From positions 170,336 through 234,335 of the IMG/VR virus record IMGVR_UViG_3300004463_000226: a DNA stretch of 64,000 nt; one strand, given 5' to 3'. This document shows positions 8,283 to 18,428 of this stretch, piece after piece. The first letter of the stretch is position 1. The number at the start of each line of letters is the position of its first letter. A model generated the notes under the pieces. It was not told the DNA's origin and did no database searches. It worked only from the letters and a program-made list of their open reading frames with translations. The translations under genes and the position numbers were made by a program.

Positions 8283-10943
8283 CTATGCAGCAAATATAAT
8301 ATTTGTATTTCTGTAGTTATCGATATTCTTATCAGATGTCATAATGATATCTACAGGATAGTTATCAAACATGTTATTGTGTGTAATCAAGAATACTTGC
8401 TCAGCTCCAATAGCTTCAAGCTGTTCTTCTAAAATATTCAAGAATTGCTCACGTTTCTTAGTATCTAATGTAGCATCAATTTCATCTAGTAGCATGATAT
8501 TATAATCCTTAATGGATTGCTCTATTAATGCAAATGACAGTGCCATAGATAAGAAGCTTTCTTCTCCTTGGGAACAGAATGAAACGTCTTCAATAATAAT
8601 ACCGTTTTTAGTATATGGTATTCTAAACTCCTTCTCATTGATGATAAACTCACCGACTTCTAACTCTCCACTATATACAGTGTCTAATAGTTGATTTACC
8701 ATCATTCTTGAATTACGTAAATATAGCTGCATGAATAGTAATGGAATACCTTTATTAGAAGAAAGTGCTTCTTTAATGATATTAATATCTTCGAACTTAT
8801 CTTCTAAGTCAATACGTTCTTCATTTAGAGAATTAAATTCTCTCAACCTAAACTTAATATTATTAATATCAGTTTCCATACGTTCAATATCTCTGTCAAC
8901 TTCAGTTAGTCTATTTTGTTTTTCACGACGTATAGTTACTAACTCGGATACATGGTCTTCAGTCCGTTTCATCTTGTCTAATTCAGTATATATGACTTGG
9001 GACTCATCTAGTTGATTTTGGATTTCTTCACTATAATCCTTAAATGATTTTAATCGTTCTAATAGATCTTCCAATCCCTCGTTACGATTAGTTAGTAACT
9101 TATTGTCTTCTCTAAGCTTATCTAGGTCAGTTGATACTTTATAGATTTCAACATCTAAGGATTCCAATTCTTTCTGAATACCTGCAAAAGAGTTACTATT
9201 TTTCTCAATGAATATCTTCTCATGTAGAACTTCTTTAATCTTAGAATCTAACTCTTTATATTCTTCATAATCTTCTAGAAGAGAAATATAGTTAGTTATA
9301 TACTCTTCATCAAAGAATGGTGTAAACGATTTAATGCTAGTTAGAATATGCTTAACATCAAAGAAGTTCTCAGGCATTTTCTCAGCAAGACTCTTATAAG
9401 ACTTAATGAGTAATAAGATATACTCTACCTTCTTAGCAATATTAGGGAATGATAAGAAGAAGTCTCTTTTTGTCTCTAAACTCTTTAATTCTGACTGAAT
9501 GTCAACCTTATCATCAATAGTTCTTCCAGTAGCATCTTCATAATACTCCTGAAAAGGACAATTGCAGTTACATGTATCTGGTTTAAATAAGATATATAGT
9601 TTATTGGGGTCAATATTAGAAGTTTGTGCCTGGATAGATAGTGAACGGTTTAATCTAGATATCTTATCCTCAATCTTAGATAATTCCTTTCTAGCAACCC
9701 ATTCTACACTTTGACCATTTATGAAATGTCCCAACACATTATCTACAGCATTGGTATCAAACTCATAGATATCACTAACAAACTTTTCTATTTCCTGTAA
9801 TACTCCTAAAGCTGTTAACATTTCATCTCTTGTACACTTAGGAGTAAATGATTTGAAGCGTTTCTCAAATTTCTCTCTATCCCTATGTAATTGTAGATAG
9901 AGGTCATTCAATCTACTATATTCTAAATCCGATGCAATATACTTTAAACTATCTTCTTTCTCTTTCTTTTGCTCATGTAAACTATTTAACTGATTAAAAT
10001 AAAACTCCATCATGTTTTTATTCACAATAATTTGGTTTGAGTTAGAAGATATTTGTTGCTCTGTTTCTTTAATAGACTTATCAACATTTCCCATGATGAT
10101 AACATCGAACTTCTTAAGTTTAGACTTCTTACCCTCTATCTCGCTAGTAATTCTCTTATACTCAGAGTGCTTTAATCTGATTTCAGCAATAAAACAATCT
10201 AAACCATCATGAACTAATATATTGATAGATCCATCAATTCTTCCGATTTCACTATTAATAGTGTCACGTATCTCTTTGTTTAACTTAAGCTGTGCTTCTA
10301 GTTCAGATAGATGTTTAAGCTCTTCTTTTTCATCGTATATTCGTAACTTGTCAATCTTGTCAGTTACGGACTTCATTAATGATTTAAGTAAACGACTATC
10401 TTCATTTATCTTCTTATAAAACTTAGAATAAATATCAATATCACTTAATAATTTAGAAGCAAAAGTTTTACGTTCAGTTGCTTTAGATCTGATGAAGGTA
10501 CTTACATTAGAACCTAAGCGTAGAAGCTTAAGATATTCAGGAGCAACACCTAATTCCATATTAACAACTTCTAGGAATGAGTTGACATTTCCATTAGGAT
10601 TCATCTCAGCACCATTCTTAGATATATAACTCTTCATACCTTTATTTGCTTTAAATAGATAGAAGTGCTTTATTATATATACATCTTCACCGTTCTGTAT
10701 ATGAAGTTCTTTATATCCATCTTGTTCTTCTATTATTAAGCCAGATGTATTTCGTACATCCATATTACCTGGAGCAGCAAAAGGATGTAATAAACTTAAT
10801 ATGGCTGTTTTACCTGTACCATTATCACCTACAAATAGAACAACTCTATTCTTACATTTACGGAAATCAATTTCTATTTCTCTACGTTTCATTCCAGTGA
10901 ATATCGTAGCAAAATTCTTTGCTTTTAAGTATAGAAACTTCAT
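8283..10943 (-). CDS. sbcC: SbcC/Rad50-like SMC ATPase
   Basis: Seen: Walker A GDNGTGKT, long coiled coil with central CNCNCP, signature CSQGEESF, Walker B LLDEID, H-loop ITHN. Confidence 0.9.
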   Translation of the reverse strand: MKFLYLKAKNFATIFTGMKRREIEIDFRKCKNRVVLFVGDNGTGKTAILSLLHPFAAPGNMDVRNTSGLIIEEQDGYKELHIQNGEDVYIIKHFYLFKANKGMKSYISKNGAEMNPNGNVNSFLEVVNMELGVAPEYLKLLRLGSNVSTFIRSKATERKTFASKLLSDIDIYSKFYKKINEDSRLLKSLMKSVTDKIDKLRIYDEKEELKHLSELEAQLKLNKEIRDTINSEIGRIDGSINILVHDGLDCFIAEIRLKHSEYKRITSEIEGKKSKLKKFDVIIMGNVDKSIKETEQQISSNSNQIIVNKNMMEFYFNQLNSLHEQKKEKEDSLKYIASDLEYSRLNDLYLQLHRDREKFEKRFKSFTPKCTRDEMLTALGVLQEIEKFVSDIYEFDTNAVDNVLGHFINGQSVEWVARKELSKIEDKISRLNRSLSIQAQTSNIDPNKLYILFKPDTCNCNCPFQEYYEDATGRTIDDKVDIQSELKSLETKRDFFLSFPNIAKKVEYILLLIKSYKSLAEKMPENFFDVKHILTSIKSFTPFFDEEYITNYISLLEDYEEYKELDSKIKEVLHEKIFIEKNSNSFAGIQKELESLDVEIYKVSTDLDKLREDNKLLTNRNEGLEDLLERLKSFKDYSEEIQNQLDESQVIYTELDKMKRTEDHVSELVTIRREKQNRLTEVDRDIERMETDINNIKFRLREFNSLNEERIDLEDKFEDINIIKEALSSNKGIPLLFMQLYLRNSRMMVNQLLDTVYSGELEVGEFIINEKEFRIPYTKNGIIIEDVSFCSQGEESFLSMALSFALIEQSIKDYNIMLLDEIDATLDTKKREQFLNILEEQLEAIGAEQVFLITHNNMFDNYPVDIIMTSDKNIDNYRNTNIIFAA

Positions 10944-10978
10944 CTCTTATCTCCCTTATAAAAAAATTTAAATACCCT

Positions 10979-10990
10979 TACAAGAATGTT
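10979..10990 (-). promoter_or_regulatory. AACA-N6-TA promoter embedded in a hairpin
   Basis: Seen: plus TA-CAAGAA-TGTT inside inverted repeat ATACCCTTACA...TGTAAGGGTAT (10972-11000). Confidence 0.6.
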
Positions 10991-11011
10991 GTAAGGGTAT
11001 TCACAAAGTAA

Positions 11012-11680
11012 TCAGCCACGAGAACCGTACTTGTCGTTCATGTCTTTCATGATTTGCTCACGCATATTATTTTGTCCAGCTTCATAAGATCTTTCCATAA
11101 GCTTAAGAGCGAGATCAAATGTCATGGTAAATTCTTTTATCTTCAGCTTTTGTAAATCGCTATATGTGTAACCGAGTTTAGATATGAGGAAGTACATCAT
11201 TTCATTTATAGTTTGCTCTTTAGATTTTTGATTTTGTTTTTCAAGCTCGGCAATATTTTCAACCGCTTCTCCAACAACTTTATTCATATCTAACTCAGCA
11301 ACTTTCTTCAACTCTTCCCATTTGATATTATCAGGGAAATCATGTTTTATTTTTTCGTCTACAATATCCTTGACAGTCTTGTATGTAGGTTTAAATACAA
11401 TTTCACTTGGAATCTTAATACCTAACTTATGTGGATAAAATGCCTTGTTAAGTGTTACTGCAACAAGGTGCTGTAAACCTTCTTTAGAACTATATGGATT
11501 AAACTGAATGCTGGATAAAGTCCCAATAAAATCAATATATAACATTTGCTTATCTGTTTCAGATACACACTCAATCTTGTCCCACAATTCTTTAATTTCA
11601 ATATATACCATATTTGGAATCTCTTGATCTTTCACTAAGTTAATATCGCTATCTCTAAACTCTCTGAATGTTTTATACAT
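11012..11680 (-). CDS. Hypothetical protein
   Basis: Seen: 222 aa with GGGAGAG RBS. Confidence 0.8.
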   Translation of the reverse strand: MYKTFREFRDSDINLVKDQEIPNMVYIEIKELWDKIECVSETDKQMLYIDFIGTLSSIQFNPYSSKEGLQHLVAVTLNKAFYPHKLGIKIPSEIVFKPTYKTVKDIVDEKIKHDFPDNIKWEELKKVAELDMNKVVGEAVENIAELEKQNQKSKEQTINEMMYFLISKLGYTYSDLQKLKIKEFTMTFDLALKLMERSYEAGQNNMREQIMKDMNDKYGSRG

Positions 11681-11730
11681 ATTATTCTCTCCCTTTTATT
11701 AAAGGAGGAGTTTAACTCCTCCATATTTTT

Positions 11731-12393
11731 TTAAAAATCGTCGCTTGTAATGTCAATACGTTCTGGTAATGGACTTATCTTATCAGTACCAGCATCTTCA
11801 ATGACCATCTTCCACTTTAGTCCTAGAATCTCGCACCAGCTATCAAAGTTAGTTACAGTCATCTTAGTTTCTTTATTCAATCCACTCTTCATATTATTGA
11901 GAGCGTATTGATTAGGAAACTTACTTTTATAATTCTTAAGATTAACCTGTTTGTCTAAGATAGCTTTCTTTACAGCATACTTAAGGAAATCATCTTCTTC
12001 CTTAAAGGTAGGCTTGAATATCTCTTGGTTATTATTAATAACCTCGATATCTTCAGGATCTAAGAAATCCTCCTTCTGTTCAAGGATATCATTGATTATC
12101 TTCTGAGTATCTAACTCAATGATGTTATGAATGCTATAATCAACTTTATCTGTAACAGTATTTGGTGGGACGAATTCATGCTCCCCGTGTATATTTAGAT
12201 ATATGCCTGGAAGCATTTCACTCGGTCTAAATTTCTCTTTCTTTCCTCGATAGATATATACATAATCATTTAATATATACCCAAATCCCTTTCTTAATTT
12301 TTTACTTGCATGGTATCTCTCAACCTCATGAAAGCCTTCTTCTGTTGTTATGAATAGTCTACCAATAAATACTCTAAAGGTATTTAATTCCAT
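11731..12393 (-). CDS. Hypothetical protein with possible C-terminal XRE-like HTH
   Basis: Seen: 220 aa. Inferred: ...ALNNMKSGLNKETKMTVTNFDSWCEILGLKWKMVI resembles XRE-type helices. Confidence 0.7.
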   Translation of the reverse strand: MELNTFRVFIGRLFITTEEGFHEVERYHASKKLRKGFGYILNDYVYIYRGKKEKFRPSEMLPGIYLNIHGEHEFVPPNTVTDKVDYSIHNIIELDTQKIINDILEQKEDFLDPEDIEVINNNQEIFKPTFKEEDDFLKYAVKKAILDKQVNLKNYKSKFPNQYALNNMKSGLNKETKMTVTNFDSWCEILGLKWKMVIEDAGTDKISPLPERIDITSDDF

Positions 12394-12407
12394 TTTAAAT
12401 TCACCTC

Positions 12408-13166
12408 TCAGGTAGTTGCCTTATCTTCTTTATTAGGCATATTGAAGAATTCTTCCTTCGTTACCGTTTTAGATAACGTTGACTTTGTTGTTCCTTTGTT
12501 TTCAAAATCAATATTCTTGAAGTTTTTACTAGGTTTATTGCCGACTACCGTTTGATTTATCTCTACCTTCTTATTCACTAAGTTCAAGTATATATTTAGT
12601 AACTGACTAGAGTATACAAATAAGTTAACTTGACTAAGTGTATAATATATAGATTCAAATGCGTCTATTGGTAACTCAACATAATTATCTGTCTTATTTA
12701 GGTATAAAACCACCCCCTCATATTCATTATCTTCAGCATCATCATAAATAACAGCAGGTTGCATTATCATTCTCTGATGTGTACCTATATTATATATCTT
12801 CTGAGTATATTTATCTCTTTCCTCAGAATACATAATAATCTTCTTATCTTTATTAATAGCAAATATACCACCATCATATATTCCTTCTAGAATCTTCTTA
12901 CATGATGCTATAACTTGGTATATATTCTTCTGATCAAGTATTACTGTTTTATCTTTTGACCAGTTACCGTCTTTTAATTCTATGGTTATGAATGATTGTA
13001 AGTCTAGTTGAAATATACTCTCTCCATTATCCATAGTAAATATCTTATGAAAGTTCTCCTTTCTACCATCACCTAACTCATTAAATAATTTAACATGAAT
13101 TTTTAGATGTAAATTCTTTGTTGGTTGTAATAACATTGCTGTTATCTTCTTCATGTTCTCAACCAT
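12408..13166 (-). CDS. Hypothetical protein
   Basis: Seen: 252 aa, GAGGTG RBS. Confidence 0.8.
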   Translation of the reverse strand: MVENMKKITAMLLQPTKNLHLKIHVKLFNELGDGRKENFHKIFTMDNGESIFQLDLQSFITIELKDGNWSKDKTVILDQKNIYQVIASCKKILEGIYDGGIFAINKDKKIIMYSEERDKYTQKIYNIGTHQRMIMQPAVIYDDAEDNEYEGVVLYLNKTDNYVELPIDAFESIYYTLSQVNLFVYSSQLLNIYLNLVNKKVEINQTVVGNKPSKNFKNIDFENKGTTKSTLSKTVTKEEFFNMPNKEDKATT

Positions 13167-13257
13167 TGATTCACCTCGATCCCATCATAAAAATAAGAGC
13201 ACTGGTTCATAAACCCCAATGTTCTTATTTTATAGTTGACGCCTAAATTATAATTTA

Positions 13258-13959
13258 CTAGATAGCTTTTTTCTTACGAGAAACCTTATTAATAATTTTA
13301 ATTAATTCTTTCTTTGACCTGACATCAATCAACATACCCGAATCTTTTTTAATGGTAATGCGTAAGAACTGTCCTATTAATACAGCCAATTCATCACCAA
13401 GTTTATCAAAATATCTCATCGCTAATTCTAGACAATCGGATTCAGTTTCATAATCACCCATTATCAATTTACCATTAACATACCTAGCATATGTATGGAA
13501 GTTTCCTTCATTGTAAAGATCAATATGATATAACTTCTGAACACATAACACTTCAATGGTTTTTGAAAGTATCGGTCTAGTTACATCTATAAAACCATTG
13601 TTTTCATACATTTTTATTATTTGTGAAATGTATATGTGAAGGCTTTCTGCCTCTAAATATTCTATTACAGTCGATCCTCTCTTAGCGGCTGCCTGATAAG
13701 TTATAAAGGTACAATTAGTTGGTCTTGGCGATGATGCTGTTTTTAATACCTCTATAGGAATCCGTGTATCAATAAGTTCTGTACTTAATGTTCTACAATG
13801 GTCATTTATCTTCATAGCTACAACCTCTATGAAAGTTCTATAATCTTCTTTAATTTGCTTGTATTGTGATACCATGAAATGGTTTCTCCCCTCACATACA
13901 TGATTATTATTGATTAAAAAGATATAATAGGGAAAGTCCCTATTATATCCAGTCGTCAT
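13258..13959 (-). CDS. Hypothetical protein
   Basis: Seen: 233 aa, overlaps the end of the RNAP beta-N gene. Confidence 0.75.
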   Translation of the reverse strand: MTTGYNRDFPYYIFLINNNHVCEGRNHFMVSQYKQIKEDYRTFIEVVAMKINDHCRTLSTELIDTRIPIEVLKTASSPRPTNCTFITYQAAAKRGSTVIEYLEAESLHIYISQIIKMYENNGFIDVTRPILSKTIEVLCVQKLYHIDLYNEGNFHTYARYVNGKLIMGDYETESDCLELAMRYFDKLGDELAVLIGQFLRITIKKDSGMLIDVRSKKELIKIINKVSRKKKAI

Positions 13960-15622
13960 CTCCGTTCATATTTAGCCTCACATACATCTTACTTGTGTCT
14001 TCAATCTCCCTTTGATGTAATGTCATGCCTGTCATGACATTTCTCATCTTAGCTTCCATGTTAAACATATCCGAGATATTATTACATCCCGCATATACAT
14101 CAACAATCATTTTATCTTTATTATCATTCTTATAATACTCCATAGCCTCACGTTGCATTTCAAAGACACTATCCTCTGGTTCAAATGAATTATCGAAGTA
14201 TAGACCGTCTGTTTTAGCAAATGGAGTTATTACCCCAGATGAACCTGGGTCTGATGTACCACAAACGTTTATATCAATTAGTCCGATATAAGATGGGTGT
14301 ATTCCCCGATACTTTACCGAAATATTGTTATCATTCTTCCCGCCTAGCGCGTTTGGTCCTTTAAGAGTAAATCTATACTTACTGTAGAAGTCCATATCAT
14401 TGATTTTGTCATCAAATCTTAATAATCCAGATTTGTATAGCTGTTCCATGAGAACCATTCCTGGAAACTTAAAGATTTCTTTGACTTTATCAATTGTGAC
14501 TTTATTACCTAAAGCAATAATACGATTTACCCTCTGACTAAACTCTTTTGTCAGAAGAGAAGCAATGTATTCGTTACATCTTAGACGCTTATTAGTAAGG
14601 TCTAGATTATCTTTCTTTCTCAACTCATTGTAGTTCTGAATCATCCAACGGACAACTGAGTACATGTTCTTTTTATTAGGTTCATGTAACTTCAGAATCT
14701 TCTTAGTTGTTTCATCCAGCATTCTATCAAAGAATGTTAATGTGTTGAGACCTTTCTCATAATAGTTATATGCATTGGTAGCATTCAAACTCCCGATTCG
14801 TTCTATCCAATACGTTCTATCTTCCAATAAGTCAAAAGATAAACGATTGGTAACGATGCTCAGGATCATAAAAGCTAACGACTGCACATACGAGTATTTA
14901 CTAAAGAAATACTTGTTAACCTCTAACATGATTTTACTGCTAATAGGGAAGTAGATATTGTTATCTTTATCCCTTTCCTCAGAAACAAATCTCATTGTTG
15001 TGTTAACTTCGAAATATTCAAGAGTCTTCTTAACTCCAATCTTAGCAAAGTAGAATAGGAGAATATCTACAGGCTTCTTGAATATCATAATCATATATGC
15101 TGGAGCTGTATGTAACACTCCAGTTGTATCTTTAAATTCCTTAACATTTCTCTTGATAGAAACTGGCATTAAGGATTTAAGAGTTAAGTTCTGTCTTGTT
15201 GTATAAGTGGAAGCATCAACTAGCTGATATAACAAGAAATACTTCTTACCTTTGATTGTATAATAACCGTTTTCATCTGGTACAGGTATAAGTAATTTCT
15301 TTTCAATATTGGCTTTCTCACCTTTACAGTTTAGTCGGAACTTTAATCTCAGTTCTGCATACCGACTATCTTGCAGATACATGTACTTAATATCACTTTT
15401 CTTTTTAGTTTTACGTCGAGTTGTTATATAGTGATTGAGATCTATTTCTTTCTCATCATCAATATAATCATATCCAGTGAACTCAACGTACTTTAGAACC
15501 TCTAAAGATTTACAACTTGCGACGATATGTTCAATCAAATCATCGTCATAGTCTCGATTCATGAGACCAAAGTTCAAACGGTTTTCGTTGGGATTTAAAT
15601 AGTCACCCAGAAACTCTCGCAT
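13943..15622 (-). CDS. rpoB: Multisubunit RNA polymerase beta subunit, N-terminal piece (probably non-virion RNAP)
   Basis: Seen: YTIKGKKYFLLYQL and RGIHPSYIGLIDINVCGTSDPGSSGVITP, which align by eye with beta RDVHPTHYGRVCPIETPEG. Known: AR9/phiKZ RNAP beta is split. Confidence 0.85.
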   Translation of the reverse strand: MREFLGDYLNPNENRLNFGLMNRDYDDDLIEHIVASCKSLEVLKYVEFTGYDYIDDEKEIDLNHYITTRRKTKKKSDIKYMYLQDSRYAELRLKFRLNCKGEKANIEKKLLIPVPDENGYYTIKGKKYFLLYQLVDASTYTTRQNLTLKSLMPVSIKRNVKEFKDTTGVLHTAPAYMIMIFKKPVDILLFYFAKIGVKKTLEYFEVNTTMRFVSEERDKDNNIYFPISSKIMLEVNKYFFSKYSYVQSLAFMILSIVTNRLSFDLLEDRTYWIERIGSLNATNAYNYYEKGLNTLTFFDRMLDETTKKILKLHEPNKKNMYSVVRWMIQNYNELRKKDNLDLTNKRLRCNEYIASLLTKEFSQRVNRIIALGNKVTIDKVKEIFKFPGMVLMEQLYKSGLLRFDDKINDMDFYSKYRFTLKGPNALGGKNDNNISVKYRGIHPSYIGLIDINVCGTSDPGSSGVITPFAKTDGLYFDNSFEPEDSVFEMQREAMEYYKNDNKDKMIVDVYAGCNNISDMFNMEAKMRNVMTGMTLHQREIEDTSKMYVRLNMNGDDDWI

Positions 15623-15684
15623 CGGTCATCCCCCTAAATAGAAATTATATCTATCATTGGAAAACATATCGCTTCGTTTTCCTC

Positions 15685-15696
15685 TAAAAAGATGTT
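15685..15696 (-). promoter_or_regulatory. AACA-N6-TA promoter
   Basis: Seen: plus TA-AAAAGA-TGTT upstream of RNAP beta-N. Confidence 0.6.
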
Positions 15697-15729
15697 GGTA
15701 GACGAATAATAATCTATTCGTCTACCTAT

Positions 15730-15737
15730 ATAATATA
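15730..15737 (-). promoter_or_regulatory. TATATTAT promoter
   Basis: Seen: plus ATAATATA upstream of RNAP beta-N. Confidence 0.65.
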
Positions 15738-15746
15738 TCATCCAAT

Positions 15747-15935
15747 TTATTTTCTTTTTTCTATTTCATCGTAGAGGATATTAGCACATGAGGTTAAGTA
15801 GCTGTCTACATCCCCTCCATGACCACCGAGCAAACCTTCCATTTGAACTAATTGTCTAGCATGATCTAATGCTCCTTGTAATTTGATTAGATTTACTAAT
15901 TCATCATCAAATATATTCTTCATAGATTTTTCCAT
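15747..15935 (-). CDS. Hypothetical protein (start revised to MEKSMK)
   Basis: Seen: GGAGGG upstream of ATG 15935; the track start at 16031 overlaps the neighbour heavily. Confidence 0.6.
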   Translation of the reverse strand: MEKSMKNIFDDELVNLIKLQGALDHARQLVQMEGLLGGHGGDVDSYLTSCANILYDEIEKRK

Positions 15936-16264
15936 TGTTTTTTCTTCCCTCCAAAGTGTTTTACTAACGCAACAGCCATTTCTTTCTTTCGGGTCATAGA
16001 AGATCTGCCCTCTATCTTTACATGAGTACATACAGCTGTAAGAACTTTATGAGAATAATATGCAATATCTCCTGCGCTCTCACCACGTTGTACACGGTTC
16101 ATAATAACATTAGACATACGTTCAGGATCAACAAACTCTTCCTCATCTAATAAACCTTTAATTGATTTAGGTTCATCATCTCCATGTATTAGTAAACTTA
16201 TTAAAGATTTTGTTTCACTATCTACCTTACGAATAAGTCCTGATTTCTTTTTCTTCTTTCCCAT
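15920..16264 (-). CDS. Hypothetical basic protein
   Basis: Seen: 114 aa, AAGGGAG RBS. Confidence 0.75.
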   Translation of the reverse strand: MGKKKKKSGLIRKVDSETKSLISLLIHGDDEPKSIKGLLDEEEFVDPERMSNVIMNRVQRGESAGDIAYYSHKVLTAVCTHVKIEGRSSMTRKKEMAVALVKHFGGKKKQWKNL

Positions 16265-16313
16265 AACAATCTCCCTTAAACAAAAAAATTTAGTATTTGT
16301 AATTACAATATTT

Positions 16314-16349
16314 AAAACCCGATGATACCCACAAAGGATATCATCGGAT
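16314..16349 (-). terminator. Intrinsic terminator (near-copy of the one at 17904)
   Basis: Seen: CCGATGAT...ATCATCGG hairpin preceded by TTAAAA on plus. Confidence 0.7.
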
Positions 16350-16354
16350 ATGTA

Positions 16355-16798
16355 TTATTCCTGCTCTTTTGATTCAGCAATTGCTTCAGTGATTTCACCG
16401 ACAGCACCTAAGTTATTTACTGGCTCTTCTACTTCACGTACATTAGATTCATTCATTTCTGGTTCCTCCATATCTACTTTAGTTTTAAGATTAAATACGA
16501 TTGGTTCAATTGCTTTTAACTCTTGGCTTCTAATTTGCTGCCACATTTTTTCTGTAATACGAACAGCTGTTATAACATCTTCACCTTTACCTTTAGTGCG
16601 TTTAAACTCAATTGAATCACCAGTGTTTTTGATAGCTGTCTGAATAAATGCTAGTGCTATAGTCGCAATTGCTTCTGGGTGACTGATTAGAATATTATGC
16701 TTTTCTTCTAGAAACTTAGTAGCCTCTACACTGATATCGTAGATTAATTTTTCTCCCTGTAGAACCTCATTAAGTTTAGCTGCATATTGATTTGACAT
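16355..16798 (-). CDS. HU-like family paralog 3 (divergent)
   Basis: Seen: ATKFLEEKHNILISHPEAIATIALAFI matches 17955..18302 AAAYLEAEHNIIFSHANAIPTFAYAFL; C-terminus shared with 16850..17266. Confidence 0.7.
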   Translation of the reverse strand: MSNQYAAKLNEVLQGEKLIYDISVEATKFLEEKHNILISHPEAIATIALAFIQTAIKNTGDSIEFKRTKGKGEDVITAVRITEKMWQQIRSQELKAIEPIVFNLKTKVDMEEPEMNESNVREVEEPVNNLGAVGEITEAIAESKEQE

Positions 16799-16906
16799 TT
16801 TAATTTCCTCCGAATATAAGTAGAATTTTATTTTTTTGATTTGTATTAATTACTCTTGCTCTTTTGCGTTAGAGATTGCTTCAGTGATTTCACCGACAGC
16901 ACCTAA
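16380..16906. repeat. Identical 32-bp direct repeat at 16380-16411 and 16875-16906
   Basis: Seen: ATTGCTTCAGTGATTTCACCGACAGCACCTAA in both adjacent genes (encodes LGAVGEITEAI). Confidence 0.95.
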
Positions 16907-17266
16907 ATTAGATACTTCTTCTTCAGCCTTAGGTTGATTACCTAATAGATCGAATACGATTGGATCAAGCATTGTTGGTTCTTTCTTAATGAGCTGCTCA
17001 CGAATTTCTTTGGACATGAATACTGCTGAAATTGTATCTTCAGGATTACTTCCATCAAGATCAGAATCCTGTTCGCGGCGGAACTCAATTGAATCATCAT
17101 CATTCTTAAGAACAGCTTCCATAAAACCTATAATCAATGTAGGTAATGCCTGATGTTGACTAACGGTTATACCGTATTTTTCTTCTAATATCTTAACAGC
17201 ATCTTTGCTGTATTTTTCAAGCTCCTCAATTCCTTGAGTAACGTTTACTAATTTAACTTCTGTCAT
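16850..17266 (-). CDS. HU-like family paralog 2 (start revised to MTEVKL)
   Basis: Seen: GGAGG RBS before ATG 17266; AVKILEEKYGITVSQHQALPTLIIGFM similar to the neighbours. Confidence 0.7.
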   Translation of the reverse strand: MTEVKLVNVTQGIEELEKYSKDAVKILEEKYGITVSQHQALPTLIIGFMEAVLKNDDDSIEFRREQDSDLDGSNPEDTISAVFMSKEIREQLIKKEPTMLDPIVFDLLGNQPKAEEEVSNLGAVGEITEAISNAKEQE

Positions 17267-17295
17267 TTTAATTTCCTCCAATAGATATAATTTTT

Positions 17296-17880
17296 TTATT
17301 TTGATAGTGAATCCAAGATATCCCAATTTTTATAGTACTCAAAGAATTTATTAGTCGTAGCAGCTTTAAGTGAAAGAGTTTGTAACTCACTCTCATCAAT
17401 GATGTTTGACGGGATAATCCATTGTCCCCATCTATCATTGTCAATACCTACGAAGATTATAACGTCACAAATATTATTGTATATAGGTCTATATCTTCCA
17501 TTTTCTAATCTAATTCTATTTTCTGATACTTTATTAAAACTTCTAGCTGGATTTGTAAGGATAAATTTAAATGTACCATCTCTACCTTTTGTTGCGGTCA
17601 TAACTTTTACTTTAACTGTATCATTTAACAATATATCTATAGGCGAAAGCTTGTTTTCATTTTTAAGATTCTTTACTCCATATCCCCTGTAGTCTAATAA
17701 CTTTACAACCAAAGGTAATATTTTTTCATGTAAAGTTTCTTTTCCTCGTATACCGAATTTTCTTCTTCTATGTGTAATGGTGCTTCTAGAAACACTATAC
17801 ATATCAGCTATCTCTTGATCAGACATATTTTTAATAGTATATAGCTCGATCAATTTCCCCTCTGATAGCAATACAATCAC
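17296..17880 (-). CDS. HTH + PD-(D/E)xK-like nuclease-fold protein, possibly degenerate
   Basis: Seen: N-terminal HTH SDQEIADMYSVSRSTITHRRRKFGI. Inferred: DILLNDTVKVKVMT and CDVIIFVG...WIIPS resemble PD-(D/E)xK endonucleases. Confidence 0.5.
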   Translation of the reverse strand: MIVLLSEGKLIELYTIKNMSDQEIADMYSVSRSTITHRRRKFGIRGKETLHEKILPLVVKLLDYRGYGVKNLKNENKLSPIDILLNDTVKVKVMTATKGRDGTFKFILTNPARSFNKVSENRIRLENGRYRPIYNNICDVIIFVGIDNDRWGQWIIPSNIIDESELQTLSLKAATTNKFFEYYKNWDILDSLSK

Positions 17881-17903
17881 TACTTTCTTATTTTTGAATT
17901 ATT

Positions 17904-17935
17904 AAAACCGATGATGCCATTTCGACATCATCGGA
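17904..17935 (-). terminator. Intrinsic terminator
   Basis: Seen: CCGATGATG-CCATTTCGA-CATCATCGG. Confidence 0.75.
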
Positions 17936-17954
17936 TCATAGACGTTGTTAGATA

Positions 17955-18302
17955 TTACTCTTCAGTGTCGTCGTCGTTCTTAACCAGCAGCTTGAACTCT
18001 TGACCTGGAATAGCATATGGAGTATAGTTGCCTTCTTTTTCAGCCTCATCATTCTCGCGGTAAGATACACCAAGATCAAGTAGCTGCATGATGTTTAATG
18101 AATAATCAGTACCAGCCGCTTTGTTTTGGTTGATATGTTCAATAGCCTGGCGCAGGAACGCATAAGCAAATGTAGGAATTGCATTTGCATGACTGAAGAT
18201 AATATTATGTTCTGCTTCAAGGTAAGCCGCAGCTGCCTCAGCGATTTTTAAGATTTCTTTTTCATTCTCACGGATCTCGATTAATTTAACTTGTTTTGAC
18301 AT
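17955..18302 (-). CDS. HU/IHF-like DNA-binding protein (family paralog 1)
   Basis: Seen: helical N-half, then LNIMQLLDLGVSYRE and PYAIPGQEFKLLVK. Inferred: resembles HU ...VQLIGFGNFEVRER...VPAFKPGKALKDAVK. Confidence 0.55.
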   Translation of the reverse strand: MSKQVKLIEIRENEKEILKIAEAAAAYLEAEHNIIFSHANAIPTFAYAFLRQAIEHINQNKAAGTDYSLNIMQLLDLGVSYRENDEAEKEGNYTPYAIPGQEFKLLVKNDDDTEE

Positions 18303-18349
18303 TTTAGTTTCCTCCTAGAATTGGGTTTTTATTTTTGATTAATCTTCCT

Positions 18350-18361
18350 CAAATAAATGTT
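18350..18361 (-). promoter_or_regulatory. AACA-N6-TG promoter
   Basis: Seen: plus CA-AATAAA-TGTT. Confidence 0.5.
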
Positions 18362-18428
18362 ACCTTGGTAATATTTTTTTATTATAAATCTCCTCTCCCC
18401 AAGTATATTATTTATCTGATTCACTTAA

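Noticed and set aside
18404-18411. Plus-strand TATATTAT
   Set aside because: Points antisense to local genes; likely chance in AT-rich DNA.
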